Of a stretch of DNA of 32,000 bases, positions 1 to 8,057 are shown in pieces. Within the stretch, counting starts at the first letter, position 1. Every line of letters begins with the position of its first letter. Under the pieces are notes generated by a model. It made no database searches. It saw only the letters and a program-made list of their open reading frames with translations, and was not told the DNA's origin. This DNA comes from Candidatus Helarchaeota archaeon. GTDB lineage: Archaea; Asgardarchaeota; Lokiarchaeia; Helarchaeales; RDOG01. Both the position numbers and the translations under genes were made by a program. The stretch is from positions 53,350-85,349 of the forward strand of contig JALGVI010000003.1 in the NCBI GenBank assembly GCA_029838215.1. The letters run 5' to 3'.

Positions 1-1140
1 ATAAAAGCAACTACGGACCCCGTCCTTGCTTCCAAGAGTTCGGATGTTAAGATGATCTTGATTCCGACCGTCACGGATGAGAATCACCAATTGGATTTAG
101 GACCGTTAAAAAGCGCATTGGAATCAATAGGAAAAGGTCTTTCAAAGGGAGATATCGTGATACTCGAAAGCACGGTGCCACCGGGAACGACCGAAAGTTT
201 CGTCAGGAATGAATTGGAATCGGTATCTGGCTTGAAAGCGGGAAGCGATTTTGGCTTATCTTTTAGTCCTGAAAGAGTTTCTTCCGGTCAGATCCTTAAA
301 AATTTAATTGAGGATTATCCTAAAATCGTAAGCGGAATCGATAAACGAACAACTGAAGCTGTTGCTGCATTTTATGCGGTTGTCGTGAAAAATAAAATCA
401 TTAAAGTATCGAATCTAAGGACTGCCGAAGCCATTAAAGTATTCAAGGGAATTTATCGGGATGTAAATATCGCTCTTGCCAATGAATTTGCGAAAATTGC
501 TGATGACCTTAATATCGACGTTATAGAAGTCATTCACGCCGCCAATACCGAACCATATAGCCACATACATCTTCCAGGAGCAGGTGTAGGGGGACATTGC
601 ATTCCCGTGTATCCTTATTTCATCATGAATTTAGCCGAACTTAAAGGAAAAACAATGCCGAAATTAACACGAATTGCTCGAGATATAAATGAATCAATGC
701 CTTTATACACGATTTCATTAGCTAAAGAGGCACTCAAGGCAATTAATAAAAATTATGAAACGTCCAAAATCTCGATTCTGGGATTAACATACAGGGGTGG
801 TATCAAAGAAACACGGAACGTTCCTGCTTTTGACATCATTGACCACTTGAAGGCGAATCAAATTGATTTCAAGGTATTTGATCCCGTCTTGACACCATCA
901 GAGAGCAAGATCATTTTTGACATTGACGCTGAAGAAACTTTGGAAGCGGCTTGCAAGGGGCGAGACGTGCTCATTTTTCTAACGGATCATGACGAATTTA
1001 AGAAAATTGACTTGAAATGGCTTGCTAATTTAATGAATTCGCCCGGAATCATTATTGACGGTCGACAAATTTTCGAACCGGTTAAAGTTCAGGAAGCGGG
1101 TCTGCGCTATAAGGGAATTGGACGAATTCAAAATCAATGA
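1..1140 (+). CDS. UDP-glucose/GDP-mannose (UDP-N-acetylmannosaminuronate-type) dehydrogenase, 5'-truncated by the window edge
   Basis: Frame 1 is open from base 1 (IKATTDPVLASKSSDVK before the annotated ATG at 52). Motifs ESTVPPGTTE, SPERVSSGQ, GAGVGGHCIPVYPYF and GLTYRGGIKETRN are typical of the nucleotide-sugar dehydrogenase family. The N-terminal Rossmann glycine motif is missing, as expected if truncated. Confidence 0.93.
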   Translation: MKATTDPVLASKSSDVKMILIPTVTDENHQLDLGPLKSALESIGKGLSKGDIVILESTVPPGTTESFVRNELESVSGLKAGSDFGLSFSPERVSSGQILKNLIEDYPKIVSGIDKRTTEAVAAFYAVVVKNKIIKVSNLRTAEAIKVFKGIYRDVNIALANEFAKIADDLNIDVIEVIHAANTEPYSHIHLPGAGVGGHCIPVYPYFIMNLAELKGKTMPKLTRIARDINESMPLYTISLAKEALKAINKNYETSKISILGLTYRGGIKETRNVPAFDIIDHLKANQIDFKVFDPVLTPSESKIIFDIDAEETLEAACKGRDVLIFLTDHDEFKKIDLKWLANLMNSPGIIIDGRQIFEPVKVQEAGLRYKGIGRIQNQ

Positions 1141-1206
1141 AACGGCAATTAAAATAAATTTTTATTTCGCCGTTTACAATTAATATGTATCGTAAACGGA
1201 GATAAA

Positions 1207-1518
1207 TTGATGAAAAACATCGCCTCTCGCATCCACAAAGAATTAGAAGCAGACATTGAGGAATTCATGAAAGAAAGAGGGTTGGATAAATCGTCGGCAA
1301 TTAGAATAATACTACAAATAGGAATAGCCGAGTGGAAAAAAAACAGGGCAATTGAGTTATATAAGATTAAAAGGATTACTTTATGGAAGGCTTCTCAAAT
1401 GGCTGGTCTTTCTCTCAGAGAAATAATCGAAGAATTAAATCGCCGAAAAATCCCGATAAACGTTACAACTCAGGAAATTATTGAAGACATAAAAGCTGCT
1501 AGTGAGGCAGAATCGTAA
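1207..1518 (+). CDS. UPF0175-like small predicted DNA-binding protein, probable antitoxin
   Basis: 103 aa with a ribbon-helix-helix-like start (ASRIHKELEADIEEFMKERGLDKSSAIRIILQIGIAEWKK) and a helical region (ITLWKASQMAGLSLREIIEEL). It overlaps the next ORF by 17 nt. Confidence 0.7.
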   Translation: MMKNIASRIHKELEADIEEFMKERGLDKSSAIRIILQIGIAEWKKNRAIELYKIKRITLWKASQMAGLSLREIIEELNRRKIPINVTTQEIIEDIKAASEAES

Positions 1519-2074
1519 GTTGCAAAAAGCGAAGAAATCTAAAAAATCATTTATATTAAATGCCACTCCTTTGATATTTCTTTCAAAAATTGGTTTTTCA
1601 AGCATTTTGAATGAATTCAAAGAAGAAAAGTTCACGACTCCGTTAGTTAAAGAAGAAGTCGTGACTAAAAGAAAGGAAATTGGTGTCCCGGATGCGGTTG
1701 TCATCGAAGCAATGATAAAAAATGGCATTTTGAAAGTTAGGACACCGACACAAAATGATTTCATCAATGTATTAAGGCAAGTTCCAGAGCTCCACGAAGC
1801 AGAAATTCAAGTTCTTGCTTTAACAAAAGAAATTAATGGGATAGCGATCTTAGATGATACAGTCGCCAGACAAGCTGCCATTGTATTCGAAATTGAAGTT
1901 CATGGAACTGCATATTTACTTTTAAGACAATATTTCATGGGTTTTTTATCAAAAAAGCAAACAATCACTGCATTAAACAAGATGATTTCTGTTGGATGGT
2001 GGATTTCAGCTGGTGAATATGTGAAAATATTAGAAGAACTCGATGACGATGAATATATTCATAAAAATTTATAA
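1502..2074 (+). CDS. DUF3368-like PIN-fold protein, probable toxin partner
   Basis: NATPLIFLSKIG start, acidic residues in GIAILDDTVARQAA and C-terminal HGTAYLLLR are typical of DUF3368 PIN-like proteins. GTG start, overlapping the UPF0175-like gene. Confidence 0.75.
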   Translation: MRQNRKLQKAKKSKKSFILNATPLIFLSKIGFSSILNEFKEEKFTTPLVKEEVVTKRKEIGVPDAVVIEAMIKNGILKVRTPTQNDFINVLRQVPELHEAEIQVLALTKEINGIAILDDTVARQAAIVFEIEVHGTAYLLLRQYFMGFLSKKQTITALNKMISVGWWISAGEYVKILEELDDDEYIHKNL

Positions 2075-2131
2075 ACTTGAGTCTTGAATTCAATTTAATT
2101 AATTCAAATAAAGCAAAAGAACTGATTTTTT

Positions 2132-3199
2132 ATGGTTAGAACCGGCGTTATATATGATGATTTATATCTAAACCACGAAACAGGTTCTCATGTTGAGAGT
2201 AAAGAGCGCTTGATTGAAACAAAGAAGTTGTTTGAAGAAAATAAAATCTTTCAAAAAGATGGAATTGTTCATGTCAAGCCCGATCCTGCACCATTAGACG
2301 TGATCAAGCTAGTTCATCACGATTATTATATCGAAAAAGTGAAGGATCGTTGTGAGGCTGGTGGAGGCTGGTTAGATGGCGATACAATCACGTCTCGAGA
2401 TTCCTATGAAACTGCATTGTTTGCAGTTGGTGGACTTACAAAAGCTGCGGACCTGATAATGTCAAAAGAAATTAATAATGCATTTGGGGCTGTGCGTCCT
2501 CCTGGGCATCATGCTGGGGAAGGTGCTGCACGAGGTTTTTGTCTCTTTAACAATGTCGCAATTCTCGCCCGATATTTACTCAAGAGATATGATGAAATCC
2601 AGAAGGTTCTCATCGTTGATCATGATGTTCATGCGGGGAATGGAACCTCGTATACTTTTTACAATCAGCCTGAAGTTCTCTTATTCAACTTGCATCAGCA
2701 TCCCCAGACTTTATATCCCGGGACGTGCTATTTAGACGAAATCGGAGAAGATAAAGGGAAAGGCTATAATGTCAACATGACAGTCATGCCTGGAACATCC
2801 GACATGGAATATATCAATCTAATTGAAGAATTGCTCATTCCTATTGCTTCTCAATTTGAACCTGATTTCGTGCTTGTTTCTGCAGGGTTTGATGCTCATC
2901 ACAGCGATCCTTTAGCAAGCGTTAATCTCACATTAAATGGATTTAAAGAAATTATCCAGCGCGTGAATGAAATTGCGAAAAAGCACTGTAACGGAAGACT
3001 GATGATCACGTTAGAAGGCGGCTATAATCTCAACGCGGTCTCGAAGGGCATTCTAACAGAAGTTTGTGTATTAAACGGTCTGTCTGATTTTGAGTTTGAT
3101 GACAAGAAAATCACGGCTTCTTCGCAAATTCAAAGTTATAATTTAAAACTAATTCAAGAGGCAAAAGATCTCTTTAAACCCTTTTGGACTTTCAAATAA
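2132..3199 (+). CDS. Histone deacetylase / AcuC family deacetylase
   Basis: Motifs VRPPGHHAGEGAARGFCLFNNVA, IVDHDVHAGNGTSYTFY, SAGFDAHHSDPLA and LEGGYN. Confidence 0.95.
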   Translation: MVRTGVIYDDLYLNHETGSHVESKERLIETKKLFEENKIFQKDGIVHVKPDPAPLDVIKLVHHDYYIEKVKDRCEAGGGWLDGDTITSRDSYETALFAVGGLTKAADLIMSKEINNAFGAVRPPGHHAGEGAARGFCLFNNVAILARYLLKRYDEIQKVLIVDHDVHAGNGTSYTFYNQPEVLLFNLHQHPQTLYPGTCYLDEIGEDKGKGYNVNMTVMPGTSDMEYINLIEELLIPIASQFEPDFVLVSAGFDAHHSDPLASVNLTLNGFKEIIQRVNEIAKKHCNGRLMITLEGGYNLNAVSKGILTEVCVLNGLSDFEFDDKKITASSQIQSYNLKLIQEAKDLFKPFWTFK

Positions 3200-4361
3200 T
3201 ATCTTTCTTTCTTTTTTCAAACAATTGCCTAATTATTCTTTTGCTTTCAAATTGAAATGCTTTTAGAGTAGGTTTCGGGTCTGTCCACCACAAGTTCGAT
3301 TTTGTTTTCGGATTTAAACAATCAAGCAAGACATCCCAGATTGCTTTTGGATTGTCAATGACATGGATGGCTTCACCACTCAAAGGCCAATGATATCTTA
3401 AATTCACTCGATAGTCTTTTGAAAACGGTATATTTTTCCCCAAAGCATTATTGACTGCAAGCACGGGAAAATTGACTCCACTTGCTATTGCCAACTCCAA
3501 AGATCCCCAAAATTTGGCATTTATTTCCATTAAATAAAGTTGCTTGGTCTTGAAATCACGCTTGAATTCCACCATTGCGATCCCGTCCCATTGTAATGCA
3601 TCTAGGAGTTTTTTACCCGCTTCCATCAAATCTTCCTCATAGATGCTTTCTGCACAACAACTCGCGCCTCCTGATGCGGGAAATTCCCTAATCCTACGAT
3701 GCATGAAAATGCGCTTGCATTTTCCTTTCTGATACAAAGCAAAGAAACCACATCCCTGTCCACTGACATATTGCTGAATGAGTGGAAAATGCGTGTTAAA
3801 ACTCGGATCATTACCTATAGACTCTTCAAGACTCTTCAATAGGTGTTTTTTGGTCATTGCATAAATTGGCTTAGCTTTAAATAATTCATGCCTCCCTTTT
3901 ACCACGAGTGGAAATTTAAATTCATCCAAGTGATCCTTTACTTCTTCAATTGATTTTAAATCCCATGTTTTCGGCGCAGTAATGCCTTGTCTGATTGCGA
4001 GTGAAATCGTAGCAGATTTGTCAAAGCATTTTTCTAACTTGCTTAAAGAGGGAAATGGTAACCGTGCATGTTTTTCAATTTCTTTTTTGTATTCGGCAAG
4101 AAAATAAACCGACCGTCCGCCAATGGGTAAAATTACTTCATAATCTGATCGTTCAAGGAATTTAAGAAAATTTTTCAAGTAATTCTCATTGAAAAAGGAC
4201 TGATCATACGTGATTTTTGAAAAGAAACGTGAGAATCTCGTCAGGCTGTTTTTAAAACCAATGCCATCGACTTGGAACCCTGCTTTATTTAATGCACGTG
4301 CTGCTCCTAAAGCGTGCTTATAATTTGCATCCGTGATCAATACTTTTTTTCGTGTTGTCAT
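3192..4361 (-). CDS. ATP-grasp (carbamoyl-phosphate synthase-like) protein
   Basis: ATP-grasp signatures FPLVVKGRHELFKAKP, QQYVSGQGCGFFALY, GIAMVEFKRDFKTKQLYLMEINAKFWGSLELAIASGVNFP. Its 3' end overlaps the HDAC gene convergently by 8 nt. Confidence 0.87.
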   Translation of the reverse strand: MTTRKKVLITDANYKHALGAARALNKAGFQVDGIGFKNSLTRFSRFFSKITYDQSFFNENYLKNFLKFLERSDYEVILPIGGRSVYFLAEYKKEIEKHARLPFPSLSKLEKCFDKSATISLAIRQGITAPKTWDLKSIEEVKDHLDEFKFPLVVKGRHELFKAKPIYAMTKKHLLKSLEESIGNDPSFNTHFPLIQQYVSGQGCGFFALYQKGKCKRIFMHRRIREFPASGGASCCAESIYEEDLMEAGKKLLDALQWDGIAMVEFKRDFKTKQLYLMEINAKFWGSLELAIASGVNFPVLAVNNALGKNIPFSKDYRVNLRYHWPLSGEAIHVIDNPKAIWDVLLDCLNPKTKSNLWWTDPKPTLKAFQFESKRIIRQLFEKRKKDII

Positions 4362-4364
4362 TTT

Positions 4365-4883
4365 TTAACTCATCATTTTTAATAGATGGCCCGCTTCCTT
4401 GAGTATGATCTGTTCAAGAGCCAGCTTTACGGCATTTGGTGATCCCGGCAGGCAAAAAATTACCTTTCCCTTGTACGTGCCTGCAAGTGCCCTTGAAAGC
4501 ATGCTGGCAGTTCCAATTTCTTTATAGCTCAGGTAACGAAAGAGCTCTCCAAATCCATTAATTTCCTTCTCAAGAAATGGTCGAATGGATTCAATGGTAA
4601 CATCTCGCGGGTTAATTCCTGTTCCTCCTGAAAAAATTAGAATTTCTATCGTATTCATTAAGGGATTTTGAAGTATCTTTTTTATTTTTTCTTTTTCATC
4701 AGGAACAATTTCGAACCATGCAAGTTCTTGCTTATCTTCCTCCAGAATTTGCCGAACTTTTGGAATAGTTTCATCCGTAAGTTGTTTTCCCTGTTTCAAT
4801 TCAAGATAACGAGAGTCACTTACTATGACCAAGCCATATCTAATGGTCTTCTTCACATTCTTTTTATGTTTCAAGTGAACCAT
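4365..4883 (-). CDS. moaB: MoaB/Mog-type molybdopterin biosynthesis protein
   Basis: YGLVIVSDSRY, LIFSGGTGINPRDVTIESIRPFLEKEINGFGELFRYLSYKEIGTASMLSRALAG and IFCLPGSPNAVKLALEQIILKEAGHLL. Confidence 0.92.
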   Translation of the reverse strand: MVHLKHKKNVKKTIRYGLVIVSDSRYLELKQGKQLTDETIPKVRQILEEDKQELAWFEIVPDEKEKIKKILQNPLMNTIEILIFSGGTGINPRDVTIESIRPFLEKEINGFGELFRYLSYKEIGTASMLSRALAGTYKGKVIFCLPGSPNAVKLALEQIILKEAGHLLKMMS

Positions 4884-4904
4884 TTCGTGCTACTCCGGTT
4901 CTTT

Positions 4905-5357
4905 TTAAAGATCCTGCTTGATTTTTTCAATAACCAAGATGTCCGAAATTTTGGTATTGGGATATTGTCCATTTTCGTCCTTTTCTAAATATTTTGTCAT
5001 GTCCCAAATCGTTAGGAGCGCGATCTCTACTCCCATGAGAGCCTCTAATTCAACTCCTGTCTTGGCAATTGCTTTTACTTCTACAAAAACATTGATGAAT
5101 TTCTCTTCAATTTCGAAAGAAACATCCACGCTCATGATTGGAATTGGATGTGCTAAAAAAATAAATGCAGGAGTCTGCTTAACTGCATTCACGGCAGCCA
5201 ATTCTGCATTCGCCAACACGTCCCCTTTTTTGATTTTATTTTCTTTTATGGTATTTATTGTCTCTTTCTCTAGAAATATTGTGCCTCTTGCCCGAGCCAC
5301 TCTTAAAATGTCTTTTTTTTCCGAAATATCAATCATTGAAGTCCGTGACGTGCGCAT
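4905..5357 (-). CDS. moaC: Cyclic pyranopterin monophosphate synthase MoaC
   Basis: [72 protein letters not shown]. The more likely start is the internal Met of MIDISEKK. Confidence 0.93.
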   Translation of the reverse strand: MRTSRTSMIDISEKKDILRVARARGTIFLEKETINTIKENKIKKGDVLANAELAAVNAVKQTPAFIFLAHPIPIMSVDVSFEIEEKFINVFVEVKAIAKTGVELEALMGVEIALLTIWDMTKYLEKDENGQYPNTKISDILVIEKIKQDL

Positions 5358-5449
5358 GTTTTCCGACCTTTTTTTTCAAATTCTGTTTCCAAAATACATT
5401 TTTATAATATCTATTTCTTAATAAACCAAGTTAAATATAATGCTTCGAT

Positions 5450-7243
5450 TTGTCATGGATCTTTTCGGGGGTTCGAACCCAATTGCAGAAAGTGGCGACG
5501 CCGGAAGAAGATAAAGGAAAAGTGATTTTAAAAGTTGCAGCATATGCGAAAATAGTTCTTCATTGCTCTCGTTTTGCAAATGCAAAAATACCGAAGGGAA
5601 AATGGAAAGAAGTCTATGGATTTCTAGTTGGTACCATCAATGGCGATGATGTTATTGTCAATGATGCAGTTCCAATGACTCACGGTGGTTCTACTGAAGT
5701 AGAGTTTGAAGAAAAGCATTACATTGAAGCTGCCGAATTGGATGCACGATTAGCCGAAACCGGAAACGATTTTATAGTCGGTTGGTATCACAGTCATCCC
5801 GGATTAGACGTATTTTTCTCATGGATAGATGTTCGAAACCACATGGGATTTCAAGGACCTAATCCTAAAAGTATTGGACTCGTGTTTGATCATACGAAGC
5901 TATCCAATCCCGGCGACTTGGGGTTCGAAATATATCGAATCAAGGAAATATCTCCTGATTCGGGTTACTATGAAGTGAAGTGGGTAATTCCTGACATGAG
6001 CGAGGAAGTGTTTGCTAAGACTTTATTTAATCTTTCCACGCGCTCAACTGAACAAAAACCTTTAATTGAAGAATATGGTGAAGATGAAGCAATGGAACTT
6101 GTTCCGCTCACACCAGTTCAAACTAAAATAAGTCTGATCGAGCCATCGCAACAAATGGAACTTGCTCCTCAAACAAAAGAAACTGAAAAGGCAATTGAGA
6201 AGCTCGAAAAAGCTCTTGAATTCAGTAGGAATGAAAAATACGAAAAAGCCGTGGATCTAGCCATAAGTGCTGTACGGGATTTTGAAAAATTAAATGATAT
6301 CGGACGTGCTACTGACGCATATGTTCAGATAGGCGGTATTTTTCTAGATTATTATGAAAAAAACAAGCAAATTAGAACCGATATTTTCAGTCATAAGCGT
6401 GCTCCAACCATCTCTGATGCCGATTCAATGATCAATTTTGCCAAACTGCTTAACATCACGTCGAAACAGATTGACTTCAATAAAACTGGACTGGAAAATG
6501 AAATTAAAGGTGTTTCTGGAGAAATGGTCAGGGTTCTCGATGTCAGGATTCAAATTGCAAATATTTTAATTGAAGCATCATCTGTTTGCCAAATTTTATC
6601 CCGAAATGCGAGAGATAATCGCGATTTAGACGGACAGGTAACCTATCTTACAAAAGCGAACAATGCCTTGAGTACAGCACTCATATTTTTAAGGGCAGTT
6701 GAAGACCAAAAGGATCTCGTTGAAAGAATTTTTGATTTGGATAAATTAACGAGTGATATAAGCCAAGCGCAAGCACGCATCCAAGAGTTACACGGATTAA
6801 AACAATTCCTTAATGTTAAACACATCGAAGCGGCTAATTTGTTCGCTGGTGCAGCACGGATTGCTGAAGATGGCTCAAATGCAATCAAGACCGAAAAATT
6901 CCAAAAATTATTGCTCGCCTACTCTAAAACACTTCAAGGCAGAGCATATCACATGGTTGCTGAAAATGAAAAATACCTAAAAAGAAACATCTGTAAATCC
7001 GTCGGCTACTATCGATTGGCTCAAAATTTCTTTGAGGATGCAAGGACGCTATATCCTCCCTGGGCAAAGAGCGATATCGATAAAAACCAGGGCTTCTTTA
7101 ATGAAGTTGAACATCAAATTCAAATAGGATATAAAAAATGCCTTGAAAGTGGAAAAACTCCCATGGAATTTCCACTGTCAAAAGAGATTGAAATTCCTGG
7201 CAAGATTATTTTATCGCAACCGGAACCCTTATTCTTTCCCTAA
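5450..7243 (+). CDS. JAMM/MPN+ (Rpn11/AMSH-like) metallopeptidase with a long C-terminal alpha-helical (TPR/SNAP/MIT-like) region
   Basis: EVYGFLVG supplies the upstream catalytic Glu and HSHPGLDVFFSWID fits HxHx7SxxD exactly (5789..5830). After about residue 165 the protein is mostly amphipathic helices, e.g. AIEKLEKALEFSRNEKYEKAVDLAISAVRDFEKLND. The start is uncertain: TTG 5450, TTG 5483 or GTG 5492. Confidence 0.9.
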   Translation: MSWIFSGVRTQLQKVATPEEDKGKVILKVAAYAKIVLHCSRFANAKIPKGKWKEVYGFLVGTINGDDVIVNDAVPMTHGGSTEVEFEEKHYIEAAELDARLAETGNDFIVGWYHSHPGLDVFFSWIDVRNHMGFQGPNPKSIGLVFDHTKLSNPGDLGFEIYRIKEISPDSGYYEVKWVIPDMSEEVFAKTLFNLSTRSTEQKPLIEEYGEDEAMELVPLTPVQTKISLIEPSQQMELAPQTKETEKAIEKLEKALEFSRNEKYEKAVDLAISAVRDFEKLNDIGRATDAYVQIGGIFLDYYEKNKQIRTDIFSHKRAPTISDADSMINFAKLLNITSKQIDFNKTGLENEIKGVSGEMVRVLDVRIQIANILIEASSVCQILSRNARDNRDLDGQVTYLTKANNALSTALIFLRAVEDQKDLVERIFDLDKLTSDISQAQARIQELHGLKQFLNVKHIEAANLFAGAARIAEDGSNAIKTEKFQKLLLAYSKTLQGRAYHMVAENEKYLKRNICKSVGYYRLAQNFFEDARTLYPPWAKSDIDKNQGFFNEVEHQIQIGYKKCLESGKTPMEFPLSKEIEIPGKIILSQPEPLFFP

Positions 7244-7819
7244 AGGGAAATCGTATAACGTGGTGTAAATTGGACCTGCTCTTGTCAATTGACTTTTTTT
7301 TAATTGAAAGCTATTGACTTGCATGGTTCCGACTTCTTCAGAGTGTTTTTGATGCTCCATTAATTTCGTAATCAGGGCATTGCGATTCCGTCCGCTTCTT
7401 ACCCTTCCAATGGTTAAATGGGCTTGAAAACGCTTTTCTCTTTTTATCCCATACCGTGAAACCGTAGAATCTATTTGTTTCGAGAGATCCATGACTTCAT
7501 TTTTTCCTTTATCAATACCGATCCAAATTACCTTCGGAAATGCGGGTTTTGGAAAAGATCCAACACTTTTAAATTCTATTTCAAACGGTTTGATGGATAT
7601 TTTCTTTACATCTTCAATGATGTCCTGTAATACTCTTTCTTCGACATCCCCTAAAAATTTAAGAGTTATGTGAATGTTTTTGATTTCAACATATTTAACG
7701 TGGGCATTGGTTACTCGAAACTCCTCTTGGATTTTACCAATGTTTGACAATATGTTTTCATCAATAACTTCTATGGCAAAAAAACTTCTCAACAATACCA
7801 ATTTATCACGCTCTTCCAT
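7229..7819 (-). CDS. thpR: RNA 2',3'-cyclic phosphodiesterase (2'-5' RNA ligase/LigT family)
   Basis: Both HxT motifs are present: NIHITLKFLGDV and FQAHLTIGRVRSGRNR. LRSFFAIEV start. Confidence 0.93.
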   Translation of the reverse strand: MEERDKLVLLRSFFAIEVIDENILSNIGKIQEEFRVTNAHVKYVEIKNIHITLKFLGDVEERVLQDIIEDVKKISIKPFEIEFKSVGSFPKPAFPKVIWIGIDKGKNEVMDLSKQIDSTVSRYGIKREKRFQAHLTIGRVRSGRNRNALITKLMEHQKHSEEVGTMQVNSFQLKKSQLTRAGPIYTTLYDFPLGKE

Positions 7820-7931
7820 AATTTCGTTTTTGACTGATTTTTTTTATCTTTATCGTGCAGGATGCTTGTAAATTTTTGTTAACTCTTACTAAAATCATAT
7901 CTTGACGCAATGAAAATAAATTAAAATATCA

Positions 7932-7945
7932 AACTAGAGCTAGTT
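7932..7945. promoter_or_regulatory. Short inverted repeat AACTAG-AG-CTAGTT upstream of the AAA+ ATPase gene, near an A/T-rich TATA-like stretch (~7971-7990)
   Basis: Perfect 6-bp arms with a 2-nt spacer, read directly. Function is only inferred. Confidence 0.3.
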
Positions 7946-8057
7946 CTTAACAGAAATTCGCACATTAGGGATATAAAACTATATAATAAAATGGTATGAA
8001 GTTGATCCTCGAAGCAAAACACCAAACATCTAACACGAATGGACAGCAGGTTATTAT

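Noticed and set aside
3626-3811. Small minor ORFs antisense to or inside larger genes (3626-3811, 4668-4988, 4918-5421, 8546-9133, 23138-24233 and similar)
   Set aside because: They overlap well-supported coding genes and show no independent protein features.
5465-5485. tRNA T-arm-like string GGGGGTTCGAACCC
   Set aside because: It resembles the T-loop consensus, but the following bases (ccaat) do not complete a 5-bp T-stem and I find no matching anticodon arm, D arm or acceptor stem. It is probably part of the JAMM gene start region.
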